Source: an uncultured Phycisphaerales bacterium (GTDB lineage: Bacteria > Planctomycetota > Phycisphaerae > Tepidisphaerales > Tepidisphaeraceae). Taken from it: DNA of 64,000 nt. Location: positions 192,001-256,000 of the forward strand of contig CAWJPJ010000004.1 in assembly GCA_963844715.1 (NCBI GenBank), written 5' to 3'. The notes under the pieces were generated by a model. It ran no database searches, had not been told where the DNA came from, and was given only the letters and a program-made list of their open reading frames with translations. Positions 1-10,857 of the stretch are shown here, one piece after another (position 1 is the stretch's first letter; each line of letters begins with the position of its first letter). The position numbers were made by a program, and so were the translations under genes.

Positions 1-162
1 ATCGACGACATAGTGTAGGATTGCAAATTGGCGGCGGAATTTGAAACCCTGCAATTGGCGATTGCGAAGGGCGCTCCAAAGGATTTCCTCTGCGGGTGCG
101 CACTCCTTGCGCATTTGGCGGGCGCGTTTCAGCAATATCGGGTCAACTCGGCTTGGTCGCAT
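1..162 (-). CDS. DUF559/Vsr-like endonuclease domain protein (N-terminal part, runs off window)
   Basis: Manual minus-strand translation from ATG at 162: MRPSRVDPILLKRARQMRKECAPAEEILWSALRNRQLQGFKFRRQFAILHYVVD, matching the DUF559 N-terminus (AE..LW..LR.....KFRRQ). Confidence 0.85.
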   Translation of the reverse strand, partial: MRPSRVDPILLKRARQMRKECAPAEEILWSALRNRQLQGFKFRRQFAILHYVVD

Positions 163-165
163 TTG

Positions 166-207
166 CCCCTCACCCTAACCCTCTCCCCGGAGTACCGGGG
201 AGAGGGG
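166..207. repeat. REP-like palindrome, family 1 (CCCTCACCCnAACCCTCTCCC...GGGAGAGGG)
   Basis: Stem CCCTCTCCCCGG-AGTA-CCGGGGAGAGGG; related copies at 12475, 33596 and 49694. Confidence 0.8.
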
Positions 208-212
208 ATAAG

Positions 213-1157
213 TCATTCGGTTTGCGCGAGGCTTAGGATGAATCTTTCCACGTTCTCTGCGGCATCACCTACGCCGGTTTTGGTTTGGTAGTCGATTTCT
301 GCTAGCAAGTTGACCGCGCGTTCCAATCCTGCGGGGCCTAGCGACTGCGTTGTCTGTACGAATTTCTGCGCCAGTTCTCGCGGCCAGATTCGTAGGGTTT
401 GGCCGATTGTAAACGCGTTTTGGCCTGTTCGCAGCATGGCTAGGGCTTTGCGCACATTTTCCAGCCAGATGCATAGCCAGGTGACGGCTCGGAATTCCGC
501 CGAGGAATCCCCTTGCACCAATTGGCGCCAGCGCGTTAGCGCCTCGGTCGCATTTCCCGCGGCCAGGGCGTTGGTCAGGTCCCACATCTCCCTTTCGCGC
601 TGGAACGCGACGGAGTCGGCGACTTCCTCCGGGCCGATCTTGCGCGACGGGCACGCCAGCGCCAATTTCGCTAATTCGCCGTCGATGCGTCCCAGTTCGT
701 CGCCGATGCGATCGGCTAGCATTCGTGCGGCGTCCGGCGAAATCGTCAGCCCGTGGACTTTTTTGCCTCGCTCGATCGTCCATGCGGCGATGTCCTTGGG
801 CGGCGCACAGGATATGATCTCCCCGGTCTTGTAAATTGCCTTGTAAATCCGCTGATTTGAGGGGAGCGAATTCAATCGAAGTACCAGGACCGCGCTCTGT
901 GACGGCTCGGCCACGTATTCTTCCAACTGCTCGCGGAATCGGGAGATCAATTCCTCCGCATCGCGGACCACGACGACTTTCCCGCTGCCGAAGAGCGCAA
1001 AGCTTCGCAGATCGTCTAGCACGTCCGCCAGTTCGGCGGTTTCCCCCTCGACATCCACGCGCTGGGTATCGGGCGGCAGCGATTTTAGAACCGCCTGGAG
1101 CGCCTCCAACTGAAGGAGCGCGTCGGGGCCGACCAGAGCGTATACGGGCTTGCCCAT
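213..1157 (-). CDS. holA: DNA polymerase III delta subunit
   Basis: PVYALVGPD N-terminus, LRSFALFG, ELAKLAL and EIDYQTKTG motifs; start placed at MGKPVY. Confidence 0.9.
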   Translation of the reverse strand: MGKPVYALVGPDALLQLEALQAVLKSLPPDTQRVDVEGETAELADVLDDLRSFALFGSGKVVVVRDAEELISRFREQLEEYVAEPSQSAVLVLRLNSLPSNQRIYKAIYKTGEIISCAPPKDIAAWTIERGKKVHGLTISPDAARMLADRIGDELGRIDGELAKLALACPSRKIGPEEVADSVAFQREREMWDLTNALAAGNATEALTRWRQLVQGDSSAEFRAVTWLCIWLENVRKALAMLRTGQNAFTIGQTLRIWPRELAQKFVQTTQSLGPAGLERAVNLLAEIDYQTKTGVGDAAENVERFILSLAQTE

Positions 1158-1334
1158 ATCTTTTTTAGGGTAACCGATCTGAATGTTTATTAAAGCGCAA
1201 TGACATTTCTCGTACCCCATCCCGTGCCACTTCCCTTGGGAAATAAATCCGTTACACTTTCTACCGCTCTGTGAATGGAGGGAAGCTCCCGCAGGCGGGA
1301 ACGGAATCCGAGGAGCACCTTAGGGAGAAGTGCC

Positions 1335-2084
1335 ATGTCGAATCCGTATTCATCGTTCTGTGAAGATTTCTACGTCAACATGCGTGTCGGGTCGCAATTG
1401 AATATGCCGCACCAGCGGGAGACGGTGCTGGCGTTTTTCGAGCGGGTTCAAAAAGAATTTCCCGCCATGACGCGTTTTCGCAAGAGCGAGAACGGGGAGT
1501 TTCATCTCGAGGAAGATCGGGGCGGACAAAACTACCGGTGGGTGAGCCTTGAGGCCAAACGGTTGACGGCGGGGCACGTCAATCCGGCGACCGTGGCTGA
1601 GTCGCTGCGTCTGCACCGGTTTCTTCTCGAACTGGCCCCGTATCATCTTGGGTTGAGCAGTCTCGAAATCGATTATCTCGACGTTTTATTCGGCTTCGAT
1701 CTTTCCTTCAGCGGCAATCACGACGAAATCATTGCCGAGAGCTTGATGGCCGATTCGCCCCTGGTCTGCCTGAGCGAGGAACCGGGCGCCAAGGCGGTTG
1801 ATTTTCAGCCGACGGTCACCGTCGCCCTGAGCGACGACTGCCGGCTTCAGGCTCGCATCGACATCGTCACCCGCACCAACAGTTATCAGGTTCGCACCGG
1901 CGACTACTCGGACGATGTGATCAGCGTTTATCTGATCTTGCGGCGATATTGGGGCGACCGGCCGCGAGATCCGATGGAAAAGTTGCTTGGCGAGCTGGCT
2001 TCGCGAGCCGAGGAATTGTGCGACCGGCATGTGCTGCCTAAAGTGATCCGCCCGATCTCGGCGGCGATTGCCTCCCGTTCGTGA
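1335..2084 (+). CDS. conserved hypothetical protein (planctomycete-type)
   Basis: Long ORF with globular composition; GGAG upstream of MSNPYSSFCEDFYVNMR. Confidence 0.75.
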   Translation: MSNPYSSFCEDFYVNMRVGSQLNMPHQRETVLAFFERVQKEFPAMTRFRKSENGEFHLEEDRGGQNYRWVSLEAKRLTAGHVNPATVAESLRLHRFLLELAPYHLGLSSLEIDYLDVLFGFDLSFSGNHDEIIAESLMADSPLVCLSEEPGAKAVDFQPTVTVALSDDCRLQARIDIVTRTNSYQVRTGDYSDDVISVYLILRRYWGDRPRDPMEKLLGELASRAEELCDRHVLPKVIRPISAAIASRS

Positions 2085-2108
2085 CGGCGAGGCATTATGA
2101 TAGAGGGC

Positions 2109-2318
2109 ATGTCGGCTGAGGAGAATCCGACAAGTCGGTTCCGCCCGGAGGCGGCGGAACATCTGAAAAAACTGGCGGCGCAGTTGCAGGAGGAGGAGGA
2201 CGAGTTATCCCGTCCCAACGAAGCGATCGATGCCGGCACGATGGCCGAAGGGCGCCGTGCCGCCGCCGAAGCGCTCGAGGCCGCCCGACGACTCTCCGCT
2301 GCCCTGGGGGAATCATGA
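2109..2318 (+). CDS. small acidic helical hypothetical protein
   Basis: ORF 2097..2318; ATG 2109 is preceded by TATGAT. Confidence 0.5.
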   Translation: MSAEENPTSRFRPEAAEHLKKLAAQLQEEEDELSRPNEAIDAGTMAEGRRAAAEALEAARRLSAALGES

Positions 2319-2359
2319 TTACCCCGCCGCAGGATGGTTGAGTCTCCCGAAAGGTTTGC

Positions 2360-3241
2360 ATGACCACAGAAGCCGCTGAAACCGCGCCTGAATCCCAAGG
2401 ACCGGTCATCGCCGCGCAGGGGAGCTATTACCGCGTGACGCGGTATATCATGACCGGCATCCTGTTCCTGTACGGCGGCTGGTCGATCTACGACGGCTTC
2501 TATAGTTGGCCGCGCTGGCCCATCTCCCATCCCGATGAAATGCCGAAAACCCCGATGGACATCATGTTCAACCGGGTGCTTGGCTGCGTTCTTCCACTGG
2601 TTGCAATTTATCTCCTCATGCGATGTCTTCGTAATTCGCGCGGGGAGTACCGGCTCGAGGACGGGGTTGTCCATATCCCGGGCTATCCGCCCGTTCCTCT
2701 GGATAAAATTCATGCCGTCGATCGCGAATTGTGGGACCGCAAGGGAATCGCGTATGTCAGTTACGAACTGCCCCCCGGCACGGCCAAGGCCCCGATGAAA
2801 GACGCGGACGAATTTCCCCTTGACGATTTCGTTTATGAGAGGGAACCCACCGACAAGATTTTCGAGGCGATCGAGGCCTCGGTTTTGAAAGGCCAGCCTG
2901 CGGCTGCCGAGCCCGAGCAACAAGCCCGATCACAGCCGAAAGCTATTGCTGCCGCCGCGGCCAAGCCTGCGCCGATTGTTCCCAAACCCGCGCCGGCTAT
3001 TGCAAAGCCGGCCCCGGCGGCAGTCGCCAGGCCCGCGCCTCCGGTCGCGAGACCCACGGCTCCAGTTGCCAAGCCGGCTCAGCCTGTGGCGAAGCCTGCG
3101 GTGATGCCGCCTAGGCCTGGTCAAGCGGTCGCCAAGCCGGTTCCGGTTGCTAAGCCTGGGGTGAAACCTGTTCCGGGCGCGAAACCGGCACAGCCGCCCA
3201 GCGCTATGCCGACTAAAATGCCGCCGCGGCCTCAGCTCTAA
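2360..3241 (+). CDS. membrane protein with Pro/Ala/Lys-rich repetitive C-terminal tail
   Basis: Two hydrophobic segments followed by repeated (V/I)AKPAP-like units. Confidence 0.75.
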   Translation: MTTEAAETAPESQGPVIAAQGSYYRVTRYIMTGILFLYGGWSIYDGFYSWPRWPISHPDEMPKTPMDIMFNRVLGCVLPLVAIYLLMRCLRNSRGEYRLEDGVVHIPGYPPVPLDKIHAVDRELWDRKGIAYVSYELPPGTAKAPMKDADEFPLDDFVYEREPTDKIFEAIEASVLKGQPAAAEPEQQARSQPKAIAAAAAKPAPIVPKPAPAIAKPAPAAVARPAPPVARPTAPVAKPAQPVAKPAVMPPRPGQAVAKPVPVAKPGVKPVPGAKPAQPPSAMPTKMPPRPQL

Positions 3242-3333
3242 AGGGGGGACCATGATTCTGGTGCATCGAAGGACACGCCCCGCGAGCGGGGCCGCTAAGG
3301 GCGGGGAGTGAGGATGTTGCTGAATCTGCTATT

Positions 3334-4363
3334 TAGAGCATTTCCCAAATTAAACTAGCGGCTGGCGGTAACCGCAATGGCGGAAAAATCCCGCGGCATC
3401 TTCGGTCGTAACGGCGTCCATTGCCGCGAACACAGCCCGGACCAAGGTGTCGAACGTTCTGGGCTCCGCCGAGCGGATCAGTTGCTTCGCTTTGCTCCAC
3501 ATCATCTCGATCGGATTCAAATCCGGCGAGTAGGGTGGCAGCAACCACAGTTCGCAGCCGGCGGCTTCGATCAGGCGTCGCACTTCTGAATGTTTGTGCG
3601 GCTGCAAATTGTCCATCACCACGATGTCCCCGCTTCGCAGGCTGGGCACGAGCGCTTCACGCACCCAGGCGACAAAAACATCGCTGTCCATCGCCCCTTG
3701 AACAATCGCGCCGGCGGTCGCGCCGTCGAGCCGAACCGCGGCGATCATGGTGGTCGTGCTCCAGTGTCCGGCCGGGGTCTTGCACAACAACCGTTCGCCG
3801 CGGCCGCACCGGCCACGCAATCGGGTGAAGTTCGTCTTGGCCCCGGATTCATCCACAAAAACAAGACGCTCGGGATCGACGTCCTTCAGCCGCCGACGCC
3901 ACTGCGTCCGCGCGGCGGCGACGTCGGGCCGATCCTGCTCGGACGCGTGGAGAGACTTTTTTTAAAGGAGAGGCCCAGCTTCCTGAGCCAACGGTCGACC
4001 GTCGACAGCGACACGTCCAGCGCCAACTTCTCTTTGATCTCGTTGAGCGTGGCATCCGGCCGGGCGGCCACGAACCGACTCAAACGAGTCTTCAACTCGC
4101 CGGTCAACTTCCCCTTGCGGCCACGAAGATGAAGCAGCGGTTCGGCCGTCCCCCGTTCACGTTCATCCTGTCGCACGCGGCGGACGGCCGACTCGCATCG
4201 GCCGAAGATCGCGGAAATCTCCTTCGTGCCTTTGCCGGCACGATACGCCGACATGATCCATCGACGGGTCAGAGCGGTTTGCGATGCCATGGCAACCTCC
4301 TTGTTGAATCGGAGATTAGCAAAACAGCATCGATGGCGCTAGTTTAAAATGGGAAATGCTCTA
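3334..4363 (-). mobile_element. IS630-family insertion sequence
   Basis: 27-bp inverted ends TAGAGCATTTCCCAAATTAAACTAGCG / TAGAGCATTTCCCATTTTAAACTAGCG (2 mismatches) including TA at both ends; encloses a transposase. Confidence 0.95.
3350..4290 (-). CDS. IS630 transposase (HTH ORF and DDE ORF joined by -1 frameshift)
   Basis: ORF 3886..4290 (HTH, PDATLNE) and 3350..3856 (FVDESG, VVMDN, LPPYSPDLNPIE); A7 run at 3957-3963 joins them in the -1 frame, as is typical of IS630. Confidence 0.93.
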
Positions 4364-4459
4364 GGGACGGGGATCGCTGAAAATAGATTTCCTTGCGGAC
4401 GTGTGGTGCCGCGCGCGGACGGGGGCCGGCGCTGGGGGAGGGATTGGTGTCGGGCTTGG

Positions 4460-4858
4460 TTATGCCAAAGGCGGTGCACCGGTCGGTCGCGGGCGGACCG
4501 CGCCGGCTGTCAGGGGCGAATCCGCCAGGGGGCGCTGATAGGTCTGGCTTACTTTCCTCAGCAAATCCACGAACTCGACCTGGGCGAGGTTCAGGTTCTT
4601 GATCTTGATATGGGAAACGATCTTTGATTGGAGCGATTCCAGTTGCATGCGCTGGGCGTCGGTGACGGGGCGGCCAGTTTGCTCCTGGCGGGCCAGGGAT
4701 TCGATTTGCCGCTCAAATTCCGCGAGCAGTCGGCCCGCCTCGGGGTCGTCGCTGACCGCCTTTTGGGCCGCTTTGAACCTTTCCACGGCGGGATGCTCCT
4801 TGAGCATTTGCCCGAGTTTCTCGGCCGCGTCTAGGATTTGCTGCGTATCTGTCGCCAT
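4460..4858 (-). CDS. YlbF/YmcA-family protein
   Basis: Helical ~130 aa, ILDAAEKLGQMLKEHPAVERFKAAQ pattern; AAGGAG SD. Confidence 0.75.
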   Translation of the reverse strand: MATDTQQILDAAEKLGQMLKEHPAVERFKAAQKAVSDDPEAGRLLAEFERQIESLARQEQTGRPVTDAQRMQLESLQSKIVSHIKIKNLNLAQVEFVDLLRKVSQTYQRPLADSPLTAGAVRPRPTGAPPLA

Positions 4859-4968
4859 GTCGCTCCTTGTTTCAAGCCACTATAATCGAGCGATGTAGAA
4901 CGGACAAAGCGGAGAAAAAACGGCGGACCCGGCGGATGGCCATCCGTCGGCTTTTGCTGCGAGAATAG

Positions 4969-6014
4969 ATGACGCCCTCACGTTACCAGCGACAGGAGAT
5001 TCTTCCGCAGATTGGGGTTGCGGGGCAGCTGCGCCTGGCCCAGGCGCGGGTTCTGCTTATCGGGATCGGTGCGTTGGGGGGGTGCTTTCTGAATTGACTG
5101 TTCGCGCTGGGGTGGGGTGGGTCAGGCTTGTCGATCGCGATCTGGTCGAGTTGAATAATCTTCAGCGGCAGACGCTTTTTGATGAGAGCGACGCCACGAG
5201 CGAACTGCCGAAATCCGTTGCGGCGCTGCGGCGATTGTCGGCCATCAATTCATCGGTGCGCCTCGAATCGATTGTCGCTGACGCCAATGCCGGGAATATT
5301 GAATCGCTGGTGCGCATGCAGGACAAACCGGCGGACCTGATCCTTGACGGAACGGACAATGCTTCGACGCGATACTTAATCAACGATCTGTGTGTGCGCG
5401 ATGGAATTCCATGGGTTCATGGCGGCTGCGTGGGCACGACGGGGCGGGTCATGGGGATTTGGCCGGGGAAGACGGCCTGTCTGCGATGTTTGTATCCGAA
5501 GCCTCCCAATGGCCAGGAGCTGCCTACGTGCGACACGGCGGGGGTGCTGGGGCCCGCTGCCGCGGCGACGGCGGCCCTTCAGGCGGGGGTTGCTCTGCGA
5601 TTTCTGGTTGAGGGGGTGCCTGGAAACTCTCCATTGCTGGCGCTGGACGTCTGGAAGCGGGAATTCCGCGAATTTGGCTCCGCATCGCATCCCCAGGCGG
5701 ATTGCCCTTGCTGCGGGAGGCGTGAGTTTCCTTTTCTCTCGACGGAAGCCGAGGATTTCACTACAACACTCTGCGGCCGCGGAGCGGTGCAAGTTCAGTT
5801 GGCAGGGCGGCATGTGGATATTCCCCTGGCGGTTGCGGCCGAGCGCCTGCGACCGGCGGGGGCCGTGCGAACCAATGCCTATTTCTTGCGATGTAGCTTG
5901 AACGATGCCCCGGGGATCGAATTAACCCTCTTTCCCGATGGCAGGCTGCTCGTCCAGGGAACCACCGACCCGTTGCGCGCCAAGTCGCTATATGCAAGAT
6001 ATATAGGGAGTTAA
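4969..6014 (+). CDS. ThiF/MoeB-family adenylyltransferase (frameshift in G run near 5075-5082)
   Basis: MTPSRYQRQEILPQIG..GIGALG from ATG 4969; continues in another frame with DRDLVELNNLQRQ, DGTDN, CLRC and CPCC. Confidence 0.9.
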
Positions 6015-6086
6015 GTTCTTAGTCTTCCGCCAATTAAAGGCGAACTTGAACAAAACCCTATTTCCCTCTAGCATTACTAGGAAATT

Positions 6087-7042
6087 ATGTCTATGGCGGT
6101 CACGCCACGTTCGCCAACGCAGGGTCGATCAGTGCTGGAGTTGATCGGCAATACCCCTCTTCTGCGCTTCCGGCGGATCGTCGCGGATCACGATGTCGAG
6201 GTCTGTGCCAAGGCGGAATGGTTCAATCCCGGGGGGAGTGTCAAGGATCGAGCGGCGTTGAATATGATCCTCGACGGGGAACGCCGCGGCCTCCTGACCC
6301 GGCAAAAAATCCTTATCGACGCCACCAGCGGGAATACCGGCATCGCTTACGCCATGATCGCGGCTGAAAAAGGGTATCGCGTTACGCTCGCTCTGCCTAA
6401 AAACGCCAGTATCGAACGCAAGCAATGCCTTCAGGCTTACGGGGCGGAGCTGATTCTCACCGACCCAACCGAGGGCACGGATGGCGCCAGCGGTTCGTGC
6501 GCAAACTCGTGGATGCCGATCCTGATAAATATTTTTACCCCGACCAGTACAACAACGATGCGAATTGGCGCGCCCATTACGAAACCACGGCGATGGAAAT
6601 CTGGCGGCAAACGGAAGGGCGCGTTACTCATTTCGTCACCGGCCTGGGGACGACCGGCACGTTCATGGGCGTCACTCGCCGGCTCAAGGAACTTAATCCC
6701 GCGATTCAGTGCATCAGCATGGAGCCGGATGCGCCGCTGCACGGCCTGGAAGGACTGAAGCACATGGCGACGGCGCTCGTGCCGGGCATTTATGACCCGT
6801 CCATTGCTGACGGCAGAATCGAAGTGGCCACTGAAGACGCGCAGAAAATGGTTTTGAAATTGGCGCGGCAGGAGGGACTGCTGGTCGGCGTCTCTTCGGG
6901 CGGAAATCTGCATGCGGCGATGGAAGTCGCGAAAAAAATCACCGAAGGCGTGGTGGTCACCATCTTTTGCGATTCGGCGGCGAAATATTTGTCGGAAAGT
7001 TTTTGGCACGAGCCTGATCCGCAATCGGAGGTTTGGCCATGA
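6087..7042 (+). CDS. cysM: cysteine synthase B/CysM-like PLP enzyme (frameshift near 6490)
   Basis: IGNTPL, NPGGSVKDR, ATSGNTG, GLGTTGT and GVSSG split over two frames. Confidence 0.85.
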
Positions 7043-7506
7043 GCGCTCCGACCCGGCTTATCCTCACCGAAAGTCAGATCGATCAGATCGAGAAGGAAGG
7101 GGAGGCCGCGTATCCTTCGGAATGCTGCGGGGCGATCCTTGGCCGCGACGTGAAAGACGCCGAGGGAATCCGGCGGCAGGTCATCCGCCTTGAAGCGCTG
7201 AAGAATTCCTTTCGGGCCGACGAACAATTTCACCGCTTTTCGCTGGACCCGAAGGAACTGATCGACGTTGAAAAGCGCGCCGGCGAAGCGAAGTTGAACG
7301 TGCTGGGGTTTTACCACAGCCATCCCGACCATCCTGCCCGGCCCAGCGAATACGATCGCACGCACGCGTGGCCGTATTACAGCTATTTGATCGTCGAGAT
7401 CGCGGGCGGAAAAGCCGCCGAAATGACCAGTTGGCAGCTTGACCCCGGCACAGAACAATTCATCTCTGAGGAAATCGCTGCCGAGCATGAAAGGACCGCG
7501 CCATGA
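7039..7506 (+). CDS. M67/JAMM metallopeptidase (Mec-like)
   Basis: YPSECCG and YHSHPDHPARPSEYD JAMM motif; ATGA overlap with upstream gene. Confidence 0.9.
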   Translation: MSAPTRLILTESQIDQIEKEGEAAYPSECCGAILGRDVKDAEGIRRQVIRLEALKNSFRADEQFHRFSLDPKELIDVEKRAGEAKLNVLGFYHSHPDHPARPSEYDRTHAWPYYSYLIVEIAGGKAAEMTSWQLDPGTEQFISEEIAAEHERTAP

Positions 7507-8384
7507 GCACCGAATACGCCCATCCGGAAATGCTGGTCAGCACCGATTGGGTCAGCCAGCATACGGGTGACCCCAATGTGAAGCTCGTCGAAGTGGACGT
7601 TGATACCGCCAGCTATGAGCAGCGCCACATTCGCAATGCCATCGGCTGGAATTGGCAAACCGATCTTAATGACCGAATCCGACGCGACATCATCGATCCG
7701 CGGAGTTTCGCGGAATTGAATCGTGCCGCGGGAATTCGGCCGACCGACACGGTTATCTTTTATGGCGACAACAACAACTGGTTTGCCGCCTGGGCTCTGT
7801 GGCAGTTCAAATATCACGGGCACAAAGACGTCAAGCTCATGAACGGCGGCAGAAAAAAGTGGGAATTGGAAAAACGCGAGTTGGTGAAAGATCATCCGCA
7901 TTTTCCGCGCAGCGAATATCCTGTCCCGACCACGGACGAAAGCGTTCGCGCCTATCGCCAGCAGGTGATGGAAACGCTTAACAAGGGTCTGGTTAATCTC
8001 GTCGACGTGCGCTCGCCGGACGAATTTACCGGCAAGGTCATCGCGCCACCGGGCATGACGGAAACCGCCCAGCGCGGCGGGCATATTCCCGGCGCGAAGA
8101 GCATCCCCTGGTCCAAAACCGCCAACGAGGACGGTACCTTCAAATCCACCGAAGAGCTTCGCAAACTTTATGGCGAGGCCGGCATCGATTTCACGCGGCC
8201 GACGATCGCCTATTGCCGCATCGGCGAGCGATCGAGCCACACCTGGTTCGTGCTGAAGTACCTGCTTGGCGTTTCCAATGTGAAGAATTACGATGGCAGT
8301 TGGACGGAATGGGGCAACCTCGTGGGGGCCCCGATTGAAACGGGCGGCGGGCCGACGCCCCTGCCTGACGTGAAATGCCAATAA
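7503..8384 (+). CDS. thiosulfate sulfurtransferase (tandem rhodanese)
   Basis: [12 protein letters not shown] active-site loop; [10 protein letters not shown]. Confidence 0.93.
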   Translation: MSTEYAHPEMLVSTDWVSQHTGDPNVKLVEVDVDTASYEQRHIRNAIGWNWQTDLNDRIRRDIIDPRSFAELNRAAGIRPTDTVIFYGDNNNWFAAWALWQFKYHGHKDVKLMNGGRKKWELEKRELVKDHPHFPRSEYPVPTTDESVRAYRQQVMETLNKGLVNLVDVRSPDEFTGKVIAPPGMTETAQRGGHIPGAKSIPWSKTANEDGTFKSTEELRKLYGEAGIDFTRPTIAYCRIGERSSHTWFVLKYLLGVSNVKNYDGSWTEWGNLVGAPIETGGGPTPLPDVKCQ

Positions 8385-8412
8385 ACACTCGATTCAACTG
8401 CCGAGGTGCGAC

Positions 8413-9375
8413 ATGCCCTTGAAGCCGCAGGGAAAAATATTCAACGACATCACCGAGACGATCGGCGGCACGCCGCTGGTTCGCCTCAACCGCATTATTC
8501 CCAAGGACGGGGCGACCGTTCTGGTGAAGTGCGAATTCTTTAATCCGCTGTCCAGCGTGAAGGACCGGATCGGCCTGGCGATGATTGAAGCCGGGGAAAA
8601 GTCCGGAAAGATCAATCCGTCCACGGTCATCGTGGAGCCGACCAGCGGCAACACCGGGATCGCCTTGGCGTTCGTCTGCGCCGCCAAGGGGTACAAGTTG
8701 ATCCTCACCATGCCGGAAAGCATGAGCATCGAGCGGCGCCGGCTGCTGAAGGCGCTGGGAGCGCAAGTGGTGCTGACGCCCGCCGCGGATGGGATGCGCG
8801 GCGCGATCGAAAAGGCCAAGGCGATTCTTACCGAGCACAAGAGCAGCTTCATGCCGCAGCAGTTTGAGAATCCCGCCAATCCGGAGATACACCGCAAGAC
8901 GACCGCCGAGGAAATCTGGCAGGATACCGACGGGAAAGTGGACATTCTTGTCGCCGGCGTGGGAACCGGCGGGACGATCACCGGGGTCAGCGAAGTTATC
9001 AAGCCGCGAAAGCCTTCGTTCAAGGCGATCGCCGTCGAGCCGGTCAATTCGCCGGTGATTACTGAGACGCTTAACCATCAGCCGCTCAAGCCCGGGCGTC
9101 ACAAGATCCAGGGCATCGGCGCGGGCTTCGTGCCTGAGAATCTGCATCTGAAAATCGTGGACGAAGTCATCCAAGTCACCGACGAAGAAGCCTTCGCCTG
9201 GGCGCGCCGGCTTGCCAAAGAGGAAGGAATTTTCGGCGGGATCAGTTCCGGGGGCAATGTCGCCGCCGCCGCCAAGGTCGCCGCCCGCCCCGAAAACAAG
9301 GGCAAACTCATCGTCACCGTGATGTGTAGTTTCGGCGAACGGTATCTGAGCACGCCCCTTTTCGAGGAGGAATAA
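8413..9375 (+). CDS. cysK: cysteine synthase A
   Basis: [33 protein letters not shown] and GERYLST. Confidence 0.95.
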   Translation: MPLKPQGKIFNDITETIGGTPLVRLNRIIPKDGATVLVKCEFFNPLSSVKDRIGLAMIEAGEKSGKINPSTVIVEPTSGNTGIALAFVCAAKGYKLILTMPESMSIERRRLLKALGAQVVLTPAADGMRGAIEKAKAILTEHKSSFMPQQFENPANPEIHRKTTAEEIWQDTDGKVDILVAGVGTGGTITGVSEVIKPRKPSFKAIAVEPVNSPVITETLNHQPLKPGRHKIQGIGAGFVPENLHLKIVDEVIQVTDEEAFAWARRLAKEEGIFGGISSGGNVAAAAKVAARPENKGKLIVTVMCSFGERYLSTPLFEEE

Positions 9376-9382
9376 GAGTCTC

Positions 9383-9994
9383 ATGGCTGAACAAAAAGCG
9401 ACGAATATCACCTGGCACGAAGGATCGGTCTCCCGGGAGGAAAGGCAAAAGCTGCTGAATCAGAAGGGCGTCATCGTCTGGATGACGGGCCTGAGCGCGT
9501 CGGGAAAAAGCACGATCGCCTGCATTCTGGAGCAGATGCTTCTGCACAGGAAGAAGCACGCCTATCGCCTCGACGGCGACAACATTCGCATGGGTCTGAA
9601 CAAGAATCTGGGCTTTTCCGCCGAGGATCGGGCCGAGAACATCCGGCGCATCGGCGAAGTCGCCAAGCTGTTTGCCGACGCCGGGGCGATTGCGATCACC
9701 AGTTTCATCAGCCCGTACAAAAAGGATCGGGACGCGGTGCGGGCCAGCGTGAAGCCGGGCGAGTTCATTGAGGTTTACGTGCATGTGTCGCTGGCCGAGG
9801 CGGAGAAACGCGACCCCAAGGGGCTTTATAAGAAAGCCCGCGCGGGGCAGCTCAAGGGTTTTACGGGCATCGACGATCCCTATGAGGCGCCTGAAAAACC
9901 GGAACTGGTCATCGAGACCGAAAAGCACAAGCCCGAGCAGGCGGCTGAGGCAATCCTGGCGATGTTGGAAATAAATGGGCACCTGACGTCGTAG
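9383..9994 (+). CDS. cysC: adenylyl-sulfate kinase
   Basis: [19 protein letters not shown] and [13 protein letters not shown]. Confidence 0.96.
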   Translation: MAEQKATNITWHEGSVSREERQKLLNQKGVIVWMTGLSASGKSTIACILEQMLLHRKKHAYRLDGDNIRMGLNKNLGFSAEDRAENIRRIGEVAKLFADAGAIAITSFISPYKKDRDAVRASVKPGEFIEVYVHVSLAEAEKRDPKGLYKKARAGQLKGFTGIDDPYEAPEKPELVIETEKHKPEQAAEAILAMLEINGHLTS

Positions 9995-10000
9995 TCGTAA

Positions 10001-10857
10001 ATGTCGTTTGTTGATCTCCATACTCACTCGACCGCTTCTGACGGCACGTTGTCGCCGGCGGTGCTGGTCCGCATGGCACACGATAAAGGTTTGACGGCGC
10101 TGGCGTTGACGGACCATGACACGATTGCCGGAGTCGCCGAAGCAGCCGCCGAAGCGGAAAAGCTCGGGCTCGACTTTCTGGCCGGAATCGAAATCAGCGC
10201 GGAATACCCGCGCCCCGGCACGATGCACCTGCTCGGTTACGGGGTCGATCCGGCTAACCCGACACTGAAAAATCTCACCACCACGCTGCTCGCGGGCCGG
10301 GACAATCGGAATCCGAAAATCGTCGAAAAGCTAAACGAGTTGGGCATCAAAGTCACGATGCAGGACTGGCACGATGAAGCCAAGGGGACGGTCCTGGGGC
10401 GACCGCAGCTTGCGGCCATTTTGCTGCGAAAAGGACACGTCTCATCGATCAAGCAGGCGTTCGATCAATACCTCGGCCAGGGCGCCCCGCTTATTTCGAC
10501 AAGGAGCGCCTCACGCCTAAGCAGGCGATTCAAATGATCCTGCAATCAGGCGGGGTTCCGGTTCTGGCGCATCCCGTGCAGCTTCGATATGAAAACGACG
10601 CGCAACTGGAACGGATCGTGCGGGACTTGATCGATCTCGGCCTGGCCGGGATCGAGGTGATTCACAGCGATCACGACGGGCAACTCATCAAGAAATACAC
10701 GGCGCTGACGGAGCGATTCAACTTGCTGAAAACCGGCGGGAGCGATTTTCACGGAACGAACAAGCCGCACGTACAACTGGGCGTCGCCAACGGGCGCAAC
10801 ATCCCGCGCGAATGGTTCGATTCGCTTTCTCACGCCGTTGGCGCGGGTAAATCATGA
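10001..10857 (+). CDS. PHP-domain phosphoesterase (YciV/TrpH-like; frameshift near 10485)
   Basis: DLHTHSTASDG, LTDHD, GIEIS, VLAHP and TGGSDFHG. Confidence 0.88.
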
